A stretch of DNA of 64,000 bases from an uncultured Elusimicrobia bacterium (GTDB lineage: Bacteria; Elusimicrobiota; Elusimicrobia; 2-01-FULL-59-12). Below, piece after piece: positions 35,121 through 44,409 of this stretch (its first letter is position 1; each line of letters opens with the position of its first letter). The position numbers and the translations under genes were made by a program. The stretch lies in assembly GCA_963702895.1 (NCBI GenBank), contig OY969767.1:1952001-2016000 (forward strand), in the 5' to 3' direction. The notes below the pieces were generated by a model, which saw only the letters and a program-made list of their open reading frames with translations, was not told where the DNA came from and ran no database searches.

Positions 35121-35782
35121 CGATGGAAAAGAATCAAATCAGCTTCGAACAGATCCTCAATGCGACATTGAGCATGCTTCGACAAACCTGGAACACCACA
35201 ACCTGTCTTTTCTTTCAGATCGATGATGCCGGCAACCTGCGAATACGGGGGGGCGATGGCCTGAAGGCGGAAGATGTTGTTACGGTTACGCTCGACTCCT
35301 CTCGGGGAGCCGCGAGCCGATGTTGTGCTGAAAATAAGATCATCGAAGTCCATGATCTCGCCGAGCTCGGACCCTTGGAAACACCTTTAAGATCCCTCGC
35401 TAAAAAGAATGAGAAATTTATCTTGGCCCCTGTTTCGGGCGAGGCCCGCGTGATTGGCATCTTGTTCCTCGGTCCGTTCCCCCACGATGCCGACCTTCAC
35501 AAGCGGGAAGCCGAACTACGCTCTGCCGGCGCCCTCTGTGCGGTTCTCTCGGCCCATTGGCGCCTCTATGAATGGATGGAAAGTATCGTCCCGCAGCTCA
35601 ATCATTCCCTGCGCACGCCTCTGACAGCCATCCAGGGATCCATCGGGATGGTGCTCGGTGGCGTCTTTGGACAGGTCGGGCATGAAGTGAAAGAAATGCT
35701 GGAGATGGCCCAGAAAGGCTGCGAACGCACTGTCCGCACCATTGAAGATTACCTCAACAGTCAGACTCCGTCGAAAGACTAG
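35117..35782 (+). CDS. GAF + HisKA (DHp) protein lacking the ATPase domain
   Basis: GAF-like region (FILAPV..VIGILFLG), H-box NHSLRTPLTAIQG; the ORF stops right after DHp helix 2. Confidence 0.8.
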   Translation: MTMEKNQISFEQILNATLSMLRQTWNTTTCLFFQIDDAGNLRIRGGDGLKAEDVVTVTLDSSRGAASRCCAENKIIEVHDLAELGPLETPLRSLAKKNEKFILAPVSGEARVIGILFLGPFPHDADLHKREAELRSAGALCAVLSAHWRLYEWMESIVPQLNHSLRTPLTAIQGSIGMVLGGVFGQVGHEVKEMLEMAQKGCERTVRTIEDYLNSQTPSKD

Positions 35783-35785
35783 TTT

Positions 35786-36148
35786 TTATACGAATGGTTG
35801 AAGCTTGGGCCAGGCCCGGTCCCAATCGATGGGCTTAAGTAAATAGGCGCGGGCTCCCGAAGCGTACCCCTTCTCAACATCGGCCACCTTGTCAGAAGCC
35901 GTCAGCATGACCAAGGGTATTTCACTCGTCGCTTTGTTGGCTTTGAGATTGCGCAACAACGTAAATCCATCGACACCTGGCATCGCCACATCCGAGATAA
36001 TGAGGTCTGGTTTATTCTTTTCAGCCCAGAAATAGGCTTTCTCAGGATCGGTCATGGTGATGACCTTGAGACCTTTGATCATGAGAAATTTCTCAACAAC
36101 CTTCAGAATAAAGGGGTCGTCATCAATAGCCAGGACAGTTTTGGGCAT
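35786..36148 (-). CDS. single-domain response regulator
   Basis: AIDDD, IISDVAMP, MLTA, KPIDW. Confidence 0.9.
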   Translation of the reverse strand: MPKTVLAIDDDPFILKVVEKFLMIKGLKVITMTDPEKAYFWAEKNKPDLIISDVAMPGVDGFTLLRNLKANKATSEIPLVMLTASDKVADVEKGYASGARAYLLKPIDWDRAWPKLQPFV

Positions 36149-36531
36149 CAGGCACTCTTTTGAAGCAACGGTTCTAACTTAGGCCAGGCCGTATCCCAGT
36201 CAAAAGGTTTGAGCAGGTAAGCGCGTGCTCCCACGGTGTAGCCTTTCTCGACGTCCGTGACTTTGTCGCTGCCCGTCAGCAGGACCAGCGGTATGCTGGA
36301 TGTGATCTTGTTGTGCTTAAGGCCGGAGAAGAGAGTGAATCCGTCCAGCGCTGGCATGGCAACATCAGAAATGATCAGATCGGGCCTCTCCCGTTCAGCC
36401 ATCGTATAGGCCGTTTCAGGATCTGTCGTCTGAAGTACTCGAAAACCCTTCGATTGAAGCACCCGTGAGACCAGATCGATCAGATAGGGGTCATCATCCA
36501 CAACGAGTATCGTTTGTTGCGTCTTTTCCAT
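36148..36531 (-). CDS. single-domain response regulator (tandem paralogue of 35786-36148)
   Basis: Start MEKTQQ; VVDDD, IISDVAMP, LLTG, KPFDW. Confidence 0.9.
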   Translation of the reverse strand: MEKTQQTILVVDDDPYLIDLVSRVLQSKGFRVLQTTDPETAYTMAERERPDLIISDVAMPALDGFTLFSGLKHNKITSSIPLVLLTGSDKVTDVEKGYTVGARAYLLKPFDWDTAWPKLEPLLQKSA

Positions 36532-36668
36532 AGGATTCGTACTTTCTACGCCATATTTATCTCCTCCTCCCTGAAATTTCAAGAGATATTCTTGAACATG
36601 AAGAAAGTTGAGAATTCCCTGAGAATACCCTTGAAAATGCTCAATTTTCAGTCTAAATTTGCATTGGC

Positions 36669-37373
36669 ATGATTGATAGCTCCCTACAAACAAAAGTCAC
36701 GAAAGTTCTGATCGTTGAAGACGAGCCTGGCCAAATGCAATTGACCCGACAGGCGTTGGAGAGCCACGGCACGTTTCATTTGAGTTTTGCCCAATCAGCC
36801 CAGGAAGCTTTTCAAAAACTCACACAAGAGATCCCGGATCTGATTCTAATGGACCTGGGACTCCCGGATGGCGATGGCCTCGATGTGACAAGGCGCCTCA
36901 GAGAAGAGGAGCGTACGAGATGGGTCCCCGTGATCATCTTGACCGGCAGGTCCACGGTGGTAGATAAAATCACCGGGTTAGAAGTCGGGGCCGATGATTA
37001 CCTCACGAAACCTTTTGACCCGGGCGAACTCGTGGCTCGTGTGAGAGCTGTCCTGCGACGCAAACAGTCCCTCGGGCCTGTCACCGATTTTGAGAGCAAT
37101 GGATTTAAGATCAGCGCCGATCGACGCCAGGTGTGGCTCAACAACAACGCCGTGGCCATGACCCCCAAGGAATTTGATCTCTTATTGATGATGGTTTCCA
37201 AACGCGGGGCTGTGATTACCCGAGAGGAGATTGGACAAGTCATCTGGGGAAAATCGGCGGAGGAGTCCGCCCGAACGCTGGACACCCACATTTGGCGCTT
37301 ACGTTCGAAACTGGGTGATTTCGCTGACCGGATTGAGACGGTCGGCAAGAACGGGTACCGCTTTACCTCTTAA
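36669..37373 (+). CDS. OmpR/PhoB family response regulator
   Basis: IVEDE, LMDLGLP, GADDYLTKPF, RTLDTHIWRLRSKL, IETVGKNGY. Confidence 0.93.
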   Translation: MIDSSLQTKVTKVLIVEDEPGQMQLTRQALESHGTFHLSFAQSAQEAFQKLTQEIPDLILMDLGLPDGDGLDVTRRLREEERTRWVPVIILTGRSTVVDKITGLEVGADDYLTKPFDPGELVARVRAVLRRKQSLGPVTDFESNGFKISADRRQVWLNNNAVAMTPKEFDLLLMMVSKRGAVITREEIGQVIWGKSAEESARTLDTHIWRLRSKLGDFADRIETVGKNGYRFTS

Positions 37374-38736
37374 GCTTCCTTTTCGCAAACGCCAAAGCCT
37401 CTTTCACCGATCGAACTTTCCCTTCCGCTTGAGCGTCCTGAATGGTCCCTAAGAGTTGACCGATCAGCGGCCCGGGTTTGAGGCGAAGGGCCTTCATGAG
37501 TCGATGCCCGTCGACGAGCTTTTCTGGGAGGATCTTGGAGCGCTCAAGAAAATAGCTATCCAAGAGCCGCAGCCCCATTTTTTCAACGGGATCGCGTCCT
37601 TTCCCCCAGAGCGAGCGGCGTAAATAGGTGTAGTGATCGGCAAGCGAGAGAAGCACCATCCCCACACCGTCCTCACCCAGATCCCGAAAAAAACGCGACA
37701 CGGCCTTGTCCGTAATCCTCGGAGCGGCAGCGAGGCTTCCCGCCCGCATATGATGCCGCACCCACAACCCCAAAAGATGCACTTCTTGCCGGCTCAGTCT
37801 GAGCCGATGGCCCAGTTTCATGACGAGATCCGCCCCAACCTGTTCATGCTCGAAAAAACGAAGCCTGCCTTTGATCATTTTTGCGGTCGCTGGTTTCCCA
37901 ATATCATGGAGAAAAGCCGCCCATTTGAGCCAGGCGACTCGCGGGTAGCCCCCCACAAGGGTCTGCACATAGGCCGCGATCTCCGGACGACGGTTGCGGG
38001 TCAGGATCCATTCAAGATTGGCGACGGTCTCGACGGAATGGCGGAGCACGCCTCCCGTTCCGTAATAGCGCACGGCCGTTCTTCGACAGGCATCCATTTC
38101 AGGAAATACGTGCGAAAGCAGGCCCGTTTGATCCATCAGCTTCAGGACCTGGCATGTCGCGGGCTGTTTCCAGAACCGCAAGAGCTCTTCACGGATTCTT
38201 TCCGCAGAAACCCTGTCCAGCCCTTCACGATGTTTCCGGATCCACTGGAGTGTACGCGCTTCAATTTTAAAGTTCAACTGAACCGCGAACCGGAAAGCCC
38301 GCAAAGTCCGCAAAGGGTCCTCCAGGAAGGCTCGCTCGGAAACACCACGGATGAGCTTTCGCTGGAGGTCGCGCTGGCCACCAAAGGGATCCAGGAGCGG
38401 TCCATCCGGAAAGAGGCGGGCCATGGCGTTGATCGAAAAATCGCGTCTTCGGAGGTCCCTTTCAATCGATTGACCCTGGAGCTCCGCGAAATCGAGCGTT
38501 TGATGATCAGAGAGGACCACCCGATAGATCCGGTTCTGCTCATCCAGGACGATAAACTTCGCCCGCAGCGCCTGCGCGACCTGGAGGGCCAGCGGACGGG
38601 CCTTCCGGCACGCAAAATCCCAATCTTGGCATGCCAAACCGAGTAAGCTGTCTCGAACGGGGCCGCCGACAAACCACAGGGGCTCTCGACGACGTCGGAC
38701 GACGCTCAGGAGAGCCTCATGAAGAAGAGGGTTCAC
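37363..38736 (-). CDS. class II tRNA nucleotidyltransferase with HD domain (probably CC-adding type)
   Basis: VGGPVRD..DWDF, DLRRRDFSINAM, EDPLRTLR, LHDIGK. Confidence 0.88.
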   Translation of the reverse strand: MNPLLHEALLSVVRRRREPLWFVGGPVRDSLLGLACQDWDFACRKARPLALQVAQALRAKFIVLDEQNRIYRVVLSDHQTLDFAELQGQSIERDLRRRDFSINAMARLFPDGPLLDPFGGQRDLQRKLIRGVSERAFLEDPLRTLRAFRFAVQLNFKIEARTLQWIRKHREGLDRVSAERIREELLRFWKQPATCQVLKLMDQTGLLSHVFPEMDACRRTAVRYYGTGGVLRHSVETVANLEWILTRNRRPEIAAYVQTLVGGYPRVAWLKWAAFLHDIGKPATAKMIKGRLRFFEHEQVGADLVMKLGHRLRLSRQEVHLLGLWVRHHMRAGSLAAAPRITDKAVSRFFRDLGEDGVGMVLLSLADHYTYLRRSLWGKGRDPVEKMGLRLLDSYFLERSKILPEKLVDGHRLMKALRLKPGPLIGQLLGTIQDAQAEGKVRSVKEALAFAKRKLKR

Positions 38737-40310
38737 GACTGGCGGAGCTCTCTCTTTAAAATCTTACCGAGGGTGTTCTTGGGAAGTTCTTTTCTGATCT
38801 CAAGATCCTTGGGACATTTGTAGGTGGCAAGCTTCGAGCGACAAAGTTTAAGCAGTTCCTGACGATCGGCTTGTGCGCCCTCTTTCAAGGTCACAAAAGC
38901 CCGAATGATCTCATCCCCTGATTTATCCGGTATACCGACCACCGCCGCCTCTTGTACGGCGGGGTGCGCCTGGAGGAGGTCTTCGATTTCTTTCGGATAG
39001 ACATTAAGCCCTTTGGAGATAATCAAATCCTTTTTGCGGTCCGAAATATAGAGATAGCCCCCCGTGTCAACATAACCGAGATCGCCTGTGCGCAACCATC
39101 GGTGTTCCCGGTCTAAAAAGGCCTCCTGGCTCGCGGCTTCTTGGCGAAAGTATCCTTTCATGACATTCTCGCCCTGGACACAGATCTCCCCCACCTCTCC
39201 TGTGGGGAGATCCTCTCCAGAGTCGCCCAGAATACGTATCTGAATACCCGGAAGCGCCTGACCGATGGAGCCGGGGACACGTTTGGTTTCGGGATTCAGG
39301 GTCACGACGGGACTCGCTTCCGTGAGGCCGTATCCCTCCAGCAGCGGCACACCGAATTTCTTTTCAAATTTCTGCTGGACAGCAATCGGCAGGGCCGAGG
39401 CTCCAGCAATACAGAGGCGCAGCGGATTGATCCACCGCATGGGCCACCAAAAAGGAACACGAAGAAGGGCGGCATAGATGGGCGGCACCGCCACAAAAAT
39501 GCTCACTTGTTCTTGAAAGATCTGCTTGATGACGTCGCTAAAAGGGTGGAGAGACTCGGAGATCACGATCTTGCAGCCAAGATAAAGCGGGATAATCACA
39601 CAAACCGTCCAAGCGAAAGTATGAAACATGGGAAGCAGGCAGAAAAAGTTATCCTGGCGGCTCAGCGATGGAACCATGCCCAAGCACTGTTCAGCATTGG
39701 CGAGGAAATTACGATGCGACAGCATGACCCCCTTCGGTTTGCCGGTGGTGCCGGAGGTGTAGATGAGCACGGCGACTTCGTCAGAACCGCGCGAGGAGGG
39801 CCGAAACAGGAGGGACGTGTCCATCGAGGCGAATGCGTCGCTGTCTGACATCAATGCATCGAAGGAATGGACTCCTGTGCTGGACTCCTCATTTCCTTTT
39901 TCTCGTCCGTCACCTCGCATCCCTGTCACGATGATATCGCGCAACTTCGGGAGCTTTTTTTTCGCCTCCAGGACATTCTTCAGAAAGGCTGGCTGCGTCA
40001 TGACCCCAACCACTCCCGCGTCCTCAAAGATATAGGAGATTTCGTCCGCCTTGAGAAGGAAATTGACGGGGACGACCTTTGCTCCCAGCCGCATGAGCGC
40101 GAAAAACGCGATGACAAACTCGGTCGAATTCTTGGTGACAAGCCCATACGCATCACCCGCCCGGATCCCCCGTGAAGCCAAAATCAGCGCCCAACGCTCA
40201 ATTTTCTTCTGGAGTTCCCCGTAGGGGGTGACACGACCCTGAAAGACGAGCGCTTTGGCCTTGGGTCGTTCCTTGGCCTGTTTTTCGATGAGTTCGTGGA
40301 GCATTACCAT
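38733..40310 (-). CDS. long-chain-fatty-acid--CoA ligase
   Basis: YTSGTTGKPKG, EGYGLTE, TGDLG, PKNTLGKILK. Confidence 0.92.
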   Translation of the reverse strand: MVMLHELIEKQAKERPKAKALVFQGRVTPYGELQKKIERWALILASRGIRAGDAYGLVTKNSTEFVIAFFALMRLGAKVVPVNFLLKADEISYIFEDAGVVGVMTQPAFLKNVLEAKKKLPKLRDIIVTGMRGDGREKGNEESSTGVHSFDALMSDSDAFASMDTSLLFRPSSRGSDEVAVLIYTSGTTGKPKGVMLSHRNFLANAEQCLGMVPSLSRQDNFFCLLPMFHTFAWTVCVIIPLYLGCKIVISESLHPFSDVIKQIFQEQVSIFVAVPPIYAALLRVPFWWPMRWINPLRLCIAGASALPIAVQQKFEKKFGVPLLEGYGLTEASPVVTLNPETKRVPGSIGQALPGIQIRILGDSGEDLPTGEVGEICVQGENVMKGYFRQEAASQEAFLDREHRWLRTGDLGYVDTGGYLYISDRKKDLIISKGLNVYPKEIEDLLQAHPAVQEAAVVGIPDKSGDEIIRAFVTLKEGAQADRQELLKLCRSKLATYKCPKDLEIRKELPKNTLGKILKRELRQS

Positions 40311-41146
40311 GGGAACTTGGGAATGGCCTCCACGAGAGCCTTCGTGTAGGGATGCTGAGGGATCGCCAGGACGCTCGCCACAGCTCCTTGCTCCACGACC
40401 CTCCCCTCTTTCAGGACGATGATACGGTCCGCGAAGGCGTGCGCGACGGCGAGATCGTGTGTGATGAAAAAGACCGTTAACCCGAAGTCTTGACGAAGTT
40501 GACCAAACAACTCAAGGATTTGCGCCTGCGTGGTGACATCCAGCGCTGAAAGGGGCTCGTCTGCAACGAGGAGTTCAGGCTTCATGGCCAGAGCACGAGC
40601 GATGGCGATCCGTTGGCGTTGTCCGCCGGAGAATTGGAAGGGATAATGCGTCAAAGCCTCTCCCGAGAGTCCCACCGACTCCAGGAGTTCTCGGCACCGT
40701 TCTGCAACGCCATCCCGGCCAGAGTCGGCGCCCCCGGTTGCAAGGGGGACGGCCTTCGCCGCCATGACACCAGACGTGAGGCGCAAAACCTCGCCTAATT
40801 GCGTACCAATCGAGAGCTTGGGATTGAGTGACGCATAGGGATCTTGAAAGATCATCTGGATTTTTTGTGCACGCTCCAGACGTGTCCATGAATCGGTGGA
40901 CTCTCCTTTCCAGAGGAGAGATCCGGCATCCATGGCAAGCAAACCCGTCAGGATCTTGGCCAAAGTCGACTTGCCGCACCCGGACCCTCCGACCAAAGCC
41001 ACATTCTCTCCGGTGTGAACCTCGAAGGACACGTCGGATAAGGCCTGAACCAGACCGATGGGAGTGCGAAAAATCCCCCCCTCCACAGGGTAGGCCTTGG
41101 ACACCCCGCGCACCTCCAAGAGCAAATTAGAGTCGCGTGGCGGCAC
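40304..41146 (-). CDS. oppF: oligopeptide ABC transporter ATP-binding protein (OppF-like), with a short palindromic insertion
   Basis: GGSGCGKST, FQDPYASLNP, FSGGQRQR, DEPLSALD, HPYT; start uncertain (41146 or 41173). Confidence 0.88.
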   Translation of the reverse strand: MPPRDSNLLLEVRGVSKAYPVEGGIFRTPIGLVQALSDVSFEVHTGENVALVGGSGCGKSTLAKILTGLLAMDAGSLLWKGESTDSWTRLERAQKIQMIFQDPYASLNPKLSIGTQLGEVLRLTSGVMAAKAVPLATGGADSGRDGVAERCRELLESVGLSGEALTHYPFQFSGGQRQRIAIARALAMKPELLVADEPLSALDVTTQAQILELFGQLRQDFGLTVFFITHDLAVAHAFADRIIVLKEGRVVEQGAVASVLAIPQHPYTKALVEAIPKFPW

Positions 41147-41456
41147 GGTTGAAGGATTCTGCCAATTCAGCACAGGCTTTTCGAACGAAACCAGGTTCCA
41201 AGCGTCCAGGTCGATAGAGTTCCTGTTGGGTCGAGCGTGTGTAGAGAGGCTTCAAGCATCGTGCCACCGAAGCCGGAAGCGGCAGCGTTTCGAGAACCCC
41301 CATAAGCTCACGCGCCCTCTCATAACAACGACGTACATTTCCCTCATGAGCGTGACGGTTCGAGGCGCGACCGAATTCTGAGGCGACCATGAGCGCAATG
41401 GCGGCTGCCCCTTTTTGAACGAGGTGAAGACGTGTGATGCCGGGGTGGGCTTTCAT
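41127..41456 (-). CDS. small helical hypothetical protein (partner of DUF5674)
   Basis: ATGA-coupled to the upstream gene; MVASEFGRA...YERAREL motif. Confidence 0.65.
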   Translation of the reverse strand: MKAHPGITRLHLVQKGAAAIALMVASEFGRASNRHAHEGNVRRCYERARELMGVLETLPLPASVARCLKPLYTRSTQQELYRPGRLEPGFVRKACAELAESFNRAATRL

Positions 41457-41809
41457 CGGGCAGACTCAAAGTAATGAAGGGCGATCTCCCGGACAGAACG
41501 CCGCAGCGCTTCAGACTGGACTTCTTGTGAAGGATTTCCATCCGAGGGGCGCAGATTAATCATGGAGGTATATTCAAGACGGCTTTCCGAGCGGTCTTGC
41601 CAATAGTAGTTGCCTCCCCACAGGTCCGATTGCTCTGAACCGTCCTGCAAAAGGAGCAGTTCTTCATCGCTGTGCAGCCCACCGCCAGCCGCCATGATTT
41701 TCCGTTTGAGGTCGACGACAAATTTGATCATATCGCCAAATTCATCCTGAGCCAACCGTTCAATCCTGTTCACGGAAAGGGGGGCTCGAAAGATCTCGGG
41801 ATCGGTCAT
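41453..41809 (-). CDS. DUF5674 family protein
   Basis: MIKFVVDL..GGGLHSDEELLLLQDGSEQSDLWGGN..SMINLRP. Confidence 0.8.
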   Translation of the reverse strand: MTDPEIFRAPLSVNRIERLAQDEFGDMIKFVVDLKRKIMAAGGGLHSDEELLLLQDGSEQSDLWGGNYYWQDRSESRLEYTSMINLRPSDGNPSQEVQSEALRRSVREIALHYFESAR

Positions 41810-41825
41810 AATTGATTATACCTGC

Positions 41826-42608
41826 TCAGGGAAGGTGTCCTCGAACCAGGGGTGGAAGGGCCGAAAGGAGGGCCCGGGTGTACGGATGTTGGGGTGATTG
41901 GAAGGTGTCATGCGAAAGTCCCTCTTCAACAATACGTCCTTCGCTCATCACCGCCACTTTCGACGTGTACGTTGCCACCAGGCCCAGGTTGTGTGAAATA
42001 AAAAGGATCGCCATTTTCAGTTCCTTCTGCAATCGGAAGAGCAATTCCAGAATATCCTTTTGAACGAGGACGTCCAGAGCGGTCGTCGGCTCATCGGCCA
42101 GGATGAGATCTGGCTTCAACAGGAGCGCCATGGCGATCATCACCCGCTGGCGCTGGCCGCCGGAGAGCTGGTGGGGGTAGGCCTGCATCACACGGAGGGG
42201 GTCTAACTGGACGCGGACGAGCGCCTCCTCCGCCTGCTGAGGGTTGATTCCCCCCATCTCAAGCATTTGCTCCCTGATTCGCATCACCGGATTGAGGGAG
42301 GTAAAGGGGTCCTGGAAGATCATACCGATACGCCGGCCACGCACGGACTGGATCACTTTTTCTGAAACGGAGAGCAGGTCTTGGCCGTGCAGAAGGATGC
42401 GGCCAGACACGATACGGCCCTCTTGGGGCCGTATCAGTCGTAAAACAGCCTGGGCAACCGTGCTTTTACCGGAGCCAGATTCTCCGACAAGGCCGACGGT
42501 CTCTCCTGGATTGACCGTGAGCGAGAAATTCCTCACCGCATGGACAGTTTTGCCCTTTCGAAAATAGTCCACCGATAAATTCTCGATCGCCAAGACGCTC
42601 GAGCTCAT
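41826..42608 (-). CDS. oppD: oligopeptide ABC transporter ATP-binding protein (OppD-like)
   Basis: [39 protein letters not shown]. Confidence 0.92.
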   Translation of the reverse strand: MSSSVLAIENLSVDYFRKGKTVHAVRNFSLTVNPGETVGLVGESGSGKSTVAQAVLRLIRPQEGRIVSGRILLHGQDLLSVSEKVIQSVRGRRIGMIFQDPFTSLNPVMRIREQMLEMGGINPQQAEEALVRVQLDPLRVMQAYPHQLSGGQRQRVMIAMALLLKPDLILADEPTTALDVLVQKDILELLFRLQKELKMAILFISHNLGLVATYTSKVAVMSEGRIVEEGLSHDTFQSPQHPYTRALLSALPPLVRGHLP

Positions 42609-43432
42609 GGTCGAGGATCCAACACGTCACGCAATCCCTCGCCCAGCAGATTAAAGGCAAGCACCGTGACGAGGATCGCCATCGCTGGAAAAAGAGAAAG
42701 CCACCAAGCCATATGGAGATAATCCCTGCCGATCGTCAAAATATTCCCCCAAGAAGGCGCCGGGGGTTGAACCCCAAGCCCGAGGAAAGACAGGGCCGAC
42801 TCGGTGAGGATGGCCCCTGCAACACCTAGGGTCGCGCTCACCAGGACCGGCGCGACCACATTGGGGAGGAGATGGACAAAAAGAAGCCGACCACGGCCGA
42901 CACCGGCGATTCTGACGGCCTGCATGTAGTCCCGTTCACGAATGGACAGACATTCTCCTCGCACCAGTCGCGCAAGCCCAGGCCAGGAGGTCAAGCCAAT
43001 CACCGCCATCACGTTGTAGATATGGGGACCGAGGAAGGCCAGCACAGCCAGAATCAGGAAGATGGTCGGGATCGAAAGCATGATATCGACCAGGCGCATG
43101 ATCGCACTATCCAGCTTTCCGCCGAAATACCCCGCGCACAGACCCAGTGTGACGCCAATGAGAAGTTGAAGGCCCACCGCGACAAACCCAACCGAGAGCG
43201 AGATCCTGGCGCCCATCATCAGCCGCGAAAAAACATCGCGGCCCAAATCATCCGTCCCCATCCAATGGTCCCAGGAAGGCGCTTGAAGCCTGGATAAGAG
43301 GCTCTGGACATTCGGATCATGTGGACGCACCCAGGGGGCAATGAGCGCACAAGCCGTCAGGAAAAGAACAAGACCGAGCCCGAGCATGGCGAGTCGATTG
43401 GATTGAAGCCGATCCAGGTAAATGCGTATCAT
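42605..43432 (-). CDS. oppC: oligopeptide ABC permease (OppC-like)
   Basis: HWMGTDDLGRD, HLLPN, ESALSFLGLG. Confidence 0.93.
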   Translation of the reverse strand: MIRIYLDRLQSNRLAMLGLGLVLFLTACALIAPWVRPHDPNVQSLLSRLQAPSWDHWMGTDDLGRDVFSRLMMGARISLSVGFVAVGLQLLIGVTLGLCAGYFGGKLDSAIMRLVDIMLSIPTIFLILAVLAFLGPHIYNVMAVIGLTSWPGLARLVRGECLSIRERDYMQAVRIAGVGRGRLLFVHLLPNVVAPVLVSATLGVAGAILTESALSFLGLGVQPPAPSWGNILTIGRDYLHMAWWLSLFPAMAILVTVLAFNLLGEGLRDVLDPRP

Positions 43433-44400
43433 CGGTACCGGATCCTTGGGTCAGCATAAGCGTAGAGAAGATCGGCCAGGAAGTTGCCCAAAACGGTCAG
43501 ACCGGCAGAGATGACGGTAATCGCCATGATCAGGTTATAGTCCCGCGTCATGATGGCTTCATAGCCCAGGCGTCCCATACCCGGATAGGCAAAGATGGTT
43601 TCAATGATGACCCCGCCACCGATCAAATCCGGGAGCATGAGGCCGAGGAGCGTGATCAGAGGAATCAGGGCATTGCGCAGGGCATGGACACCGAAGACCC
43701 TCCAAAAACCAAGGCCGCGCGCCTGGGCGGCGCGAATAAAGTCTTGATGGATCACCTCCAGCATGCTCGATCTCATGTAGCGTGATAACCCCGCAAGCGA
43801 CGTCAACCCCAACACGAGCGTCGGAAGAACAAGATGATGGAGCACGTCCAACGTCTTCATCCACAAGGGAACAGGCGCCCAACTGAGTGAGGAAAGGCCT
43901 GAAATGGGCAGCCAACCAAGCTCCAAGCCAAAGACGATCATGGCGAGCAGCGCGACAGCATACGTGGGCACCGAAAACCCGAGAAACACGAAGATTGTCA
44001 TACAGCGGTCAAAGAGAGACCGGGCCTTAATCGCGGCAAAAAAACCGATCGGGATGGCGAGGAGGACCATCAGCAGAATCGACAGGGTATTCAAGAGAAG
44101 CGTCGCGGGAAGTCGCTCCATGATCTTCTGTATGACCGGGCGGTTATCCTTCAAGGAGACGCCAAAATCAAGTTTCGCAAGGCGAACGAGCCACCGGCCA
44201 TACTGCACAAGGATCGGTTGGTCGAGGCCCAGATCTTTGCGAATTCTCTCCTTAACTTCCGGTGTGACTTTGGGATTTAAATCCGCGATTTGGTCGATCG
44301 GCCCGCCAGGAGCCAGCTGCATCAAAAAGAAGCTGATGAGCGAAATCCCAACCAACGTCGGGATCAGATGGAGCGAACGCTGCCAGATGTACTTAACCAC
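43429..44400 (-). CDS. oppB: oligopeptide ABC permease (OppB-like)
   Basis: APGGP, GLDQP, HALRNA, ETIFAYPGMG, DPRI. Confidence 0.93.
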   Translation of the reverse strand: MVKYIWQRSLHLIPTLVGISLISFFLMQLAPGGPIDQIADLNPKVTPEVKERIRKDLGLDQPILVQYGRWLVRLAKLDFGVSLKDNRPVIQKIMERLPATLLLNTLSILLMVLLAIPIGFFAAIKARSLFDRCMTIFVFLGFSVPTYAVALLAMIVFGLELGWLPISGLSSLSWAPVPLWMKTLDVLHHLVLPTLVLGLTSLAGLSRYMRSSMLEVIHQDFIRAAQARGLGFWRVFGVHALRNALIPLITLLGLMLPDLIGGGVIIETIFAYPGMGRLGYEAIMTRDYNLIMAITVISAGLTVLGNFLADLLYAYADPRIRYR

Positions 44401-44409
44401 ACAGGCCTC

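Noticed and set aside
39880..39925. Possible repeat-derived insert (MRGDGREKGNEESS) in the acyl-CoA ligase
   Set aside because: This region is naturally variable in the family, and no clear match to the other palindromes was found.
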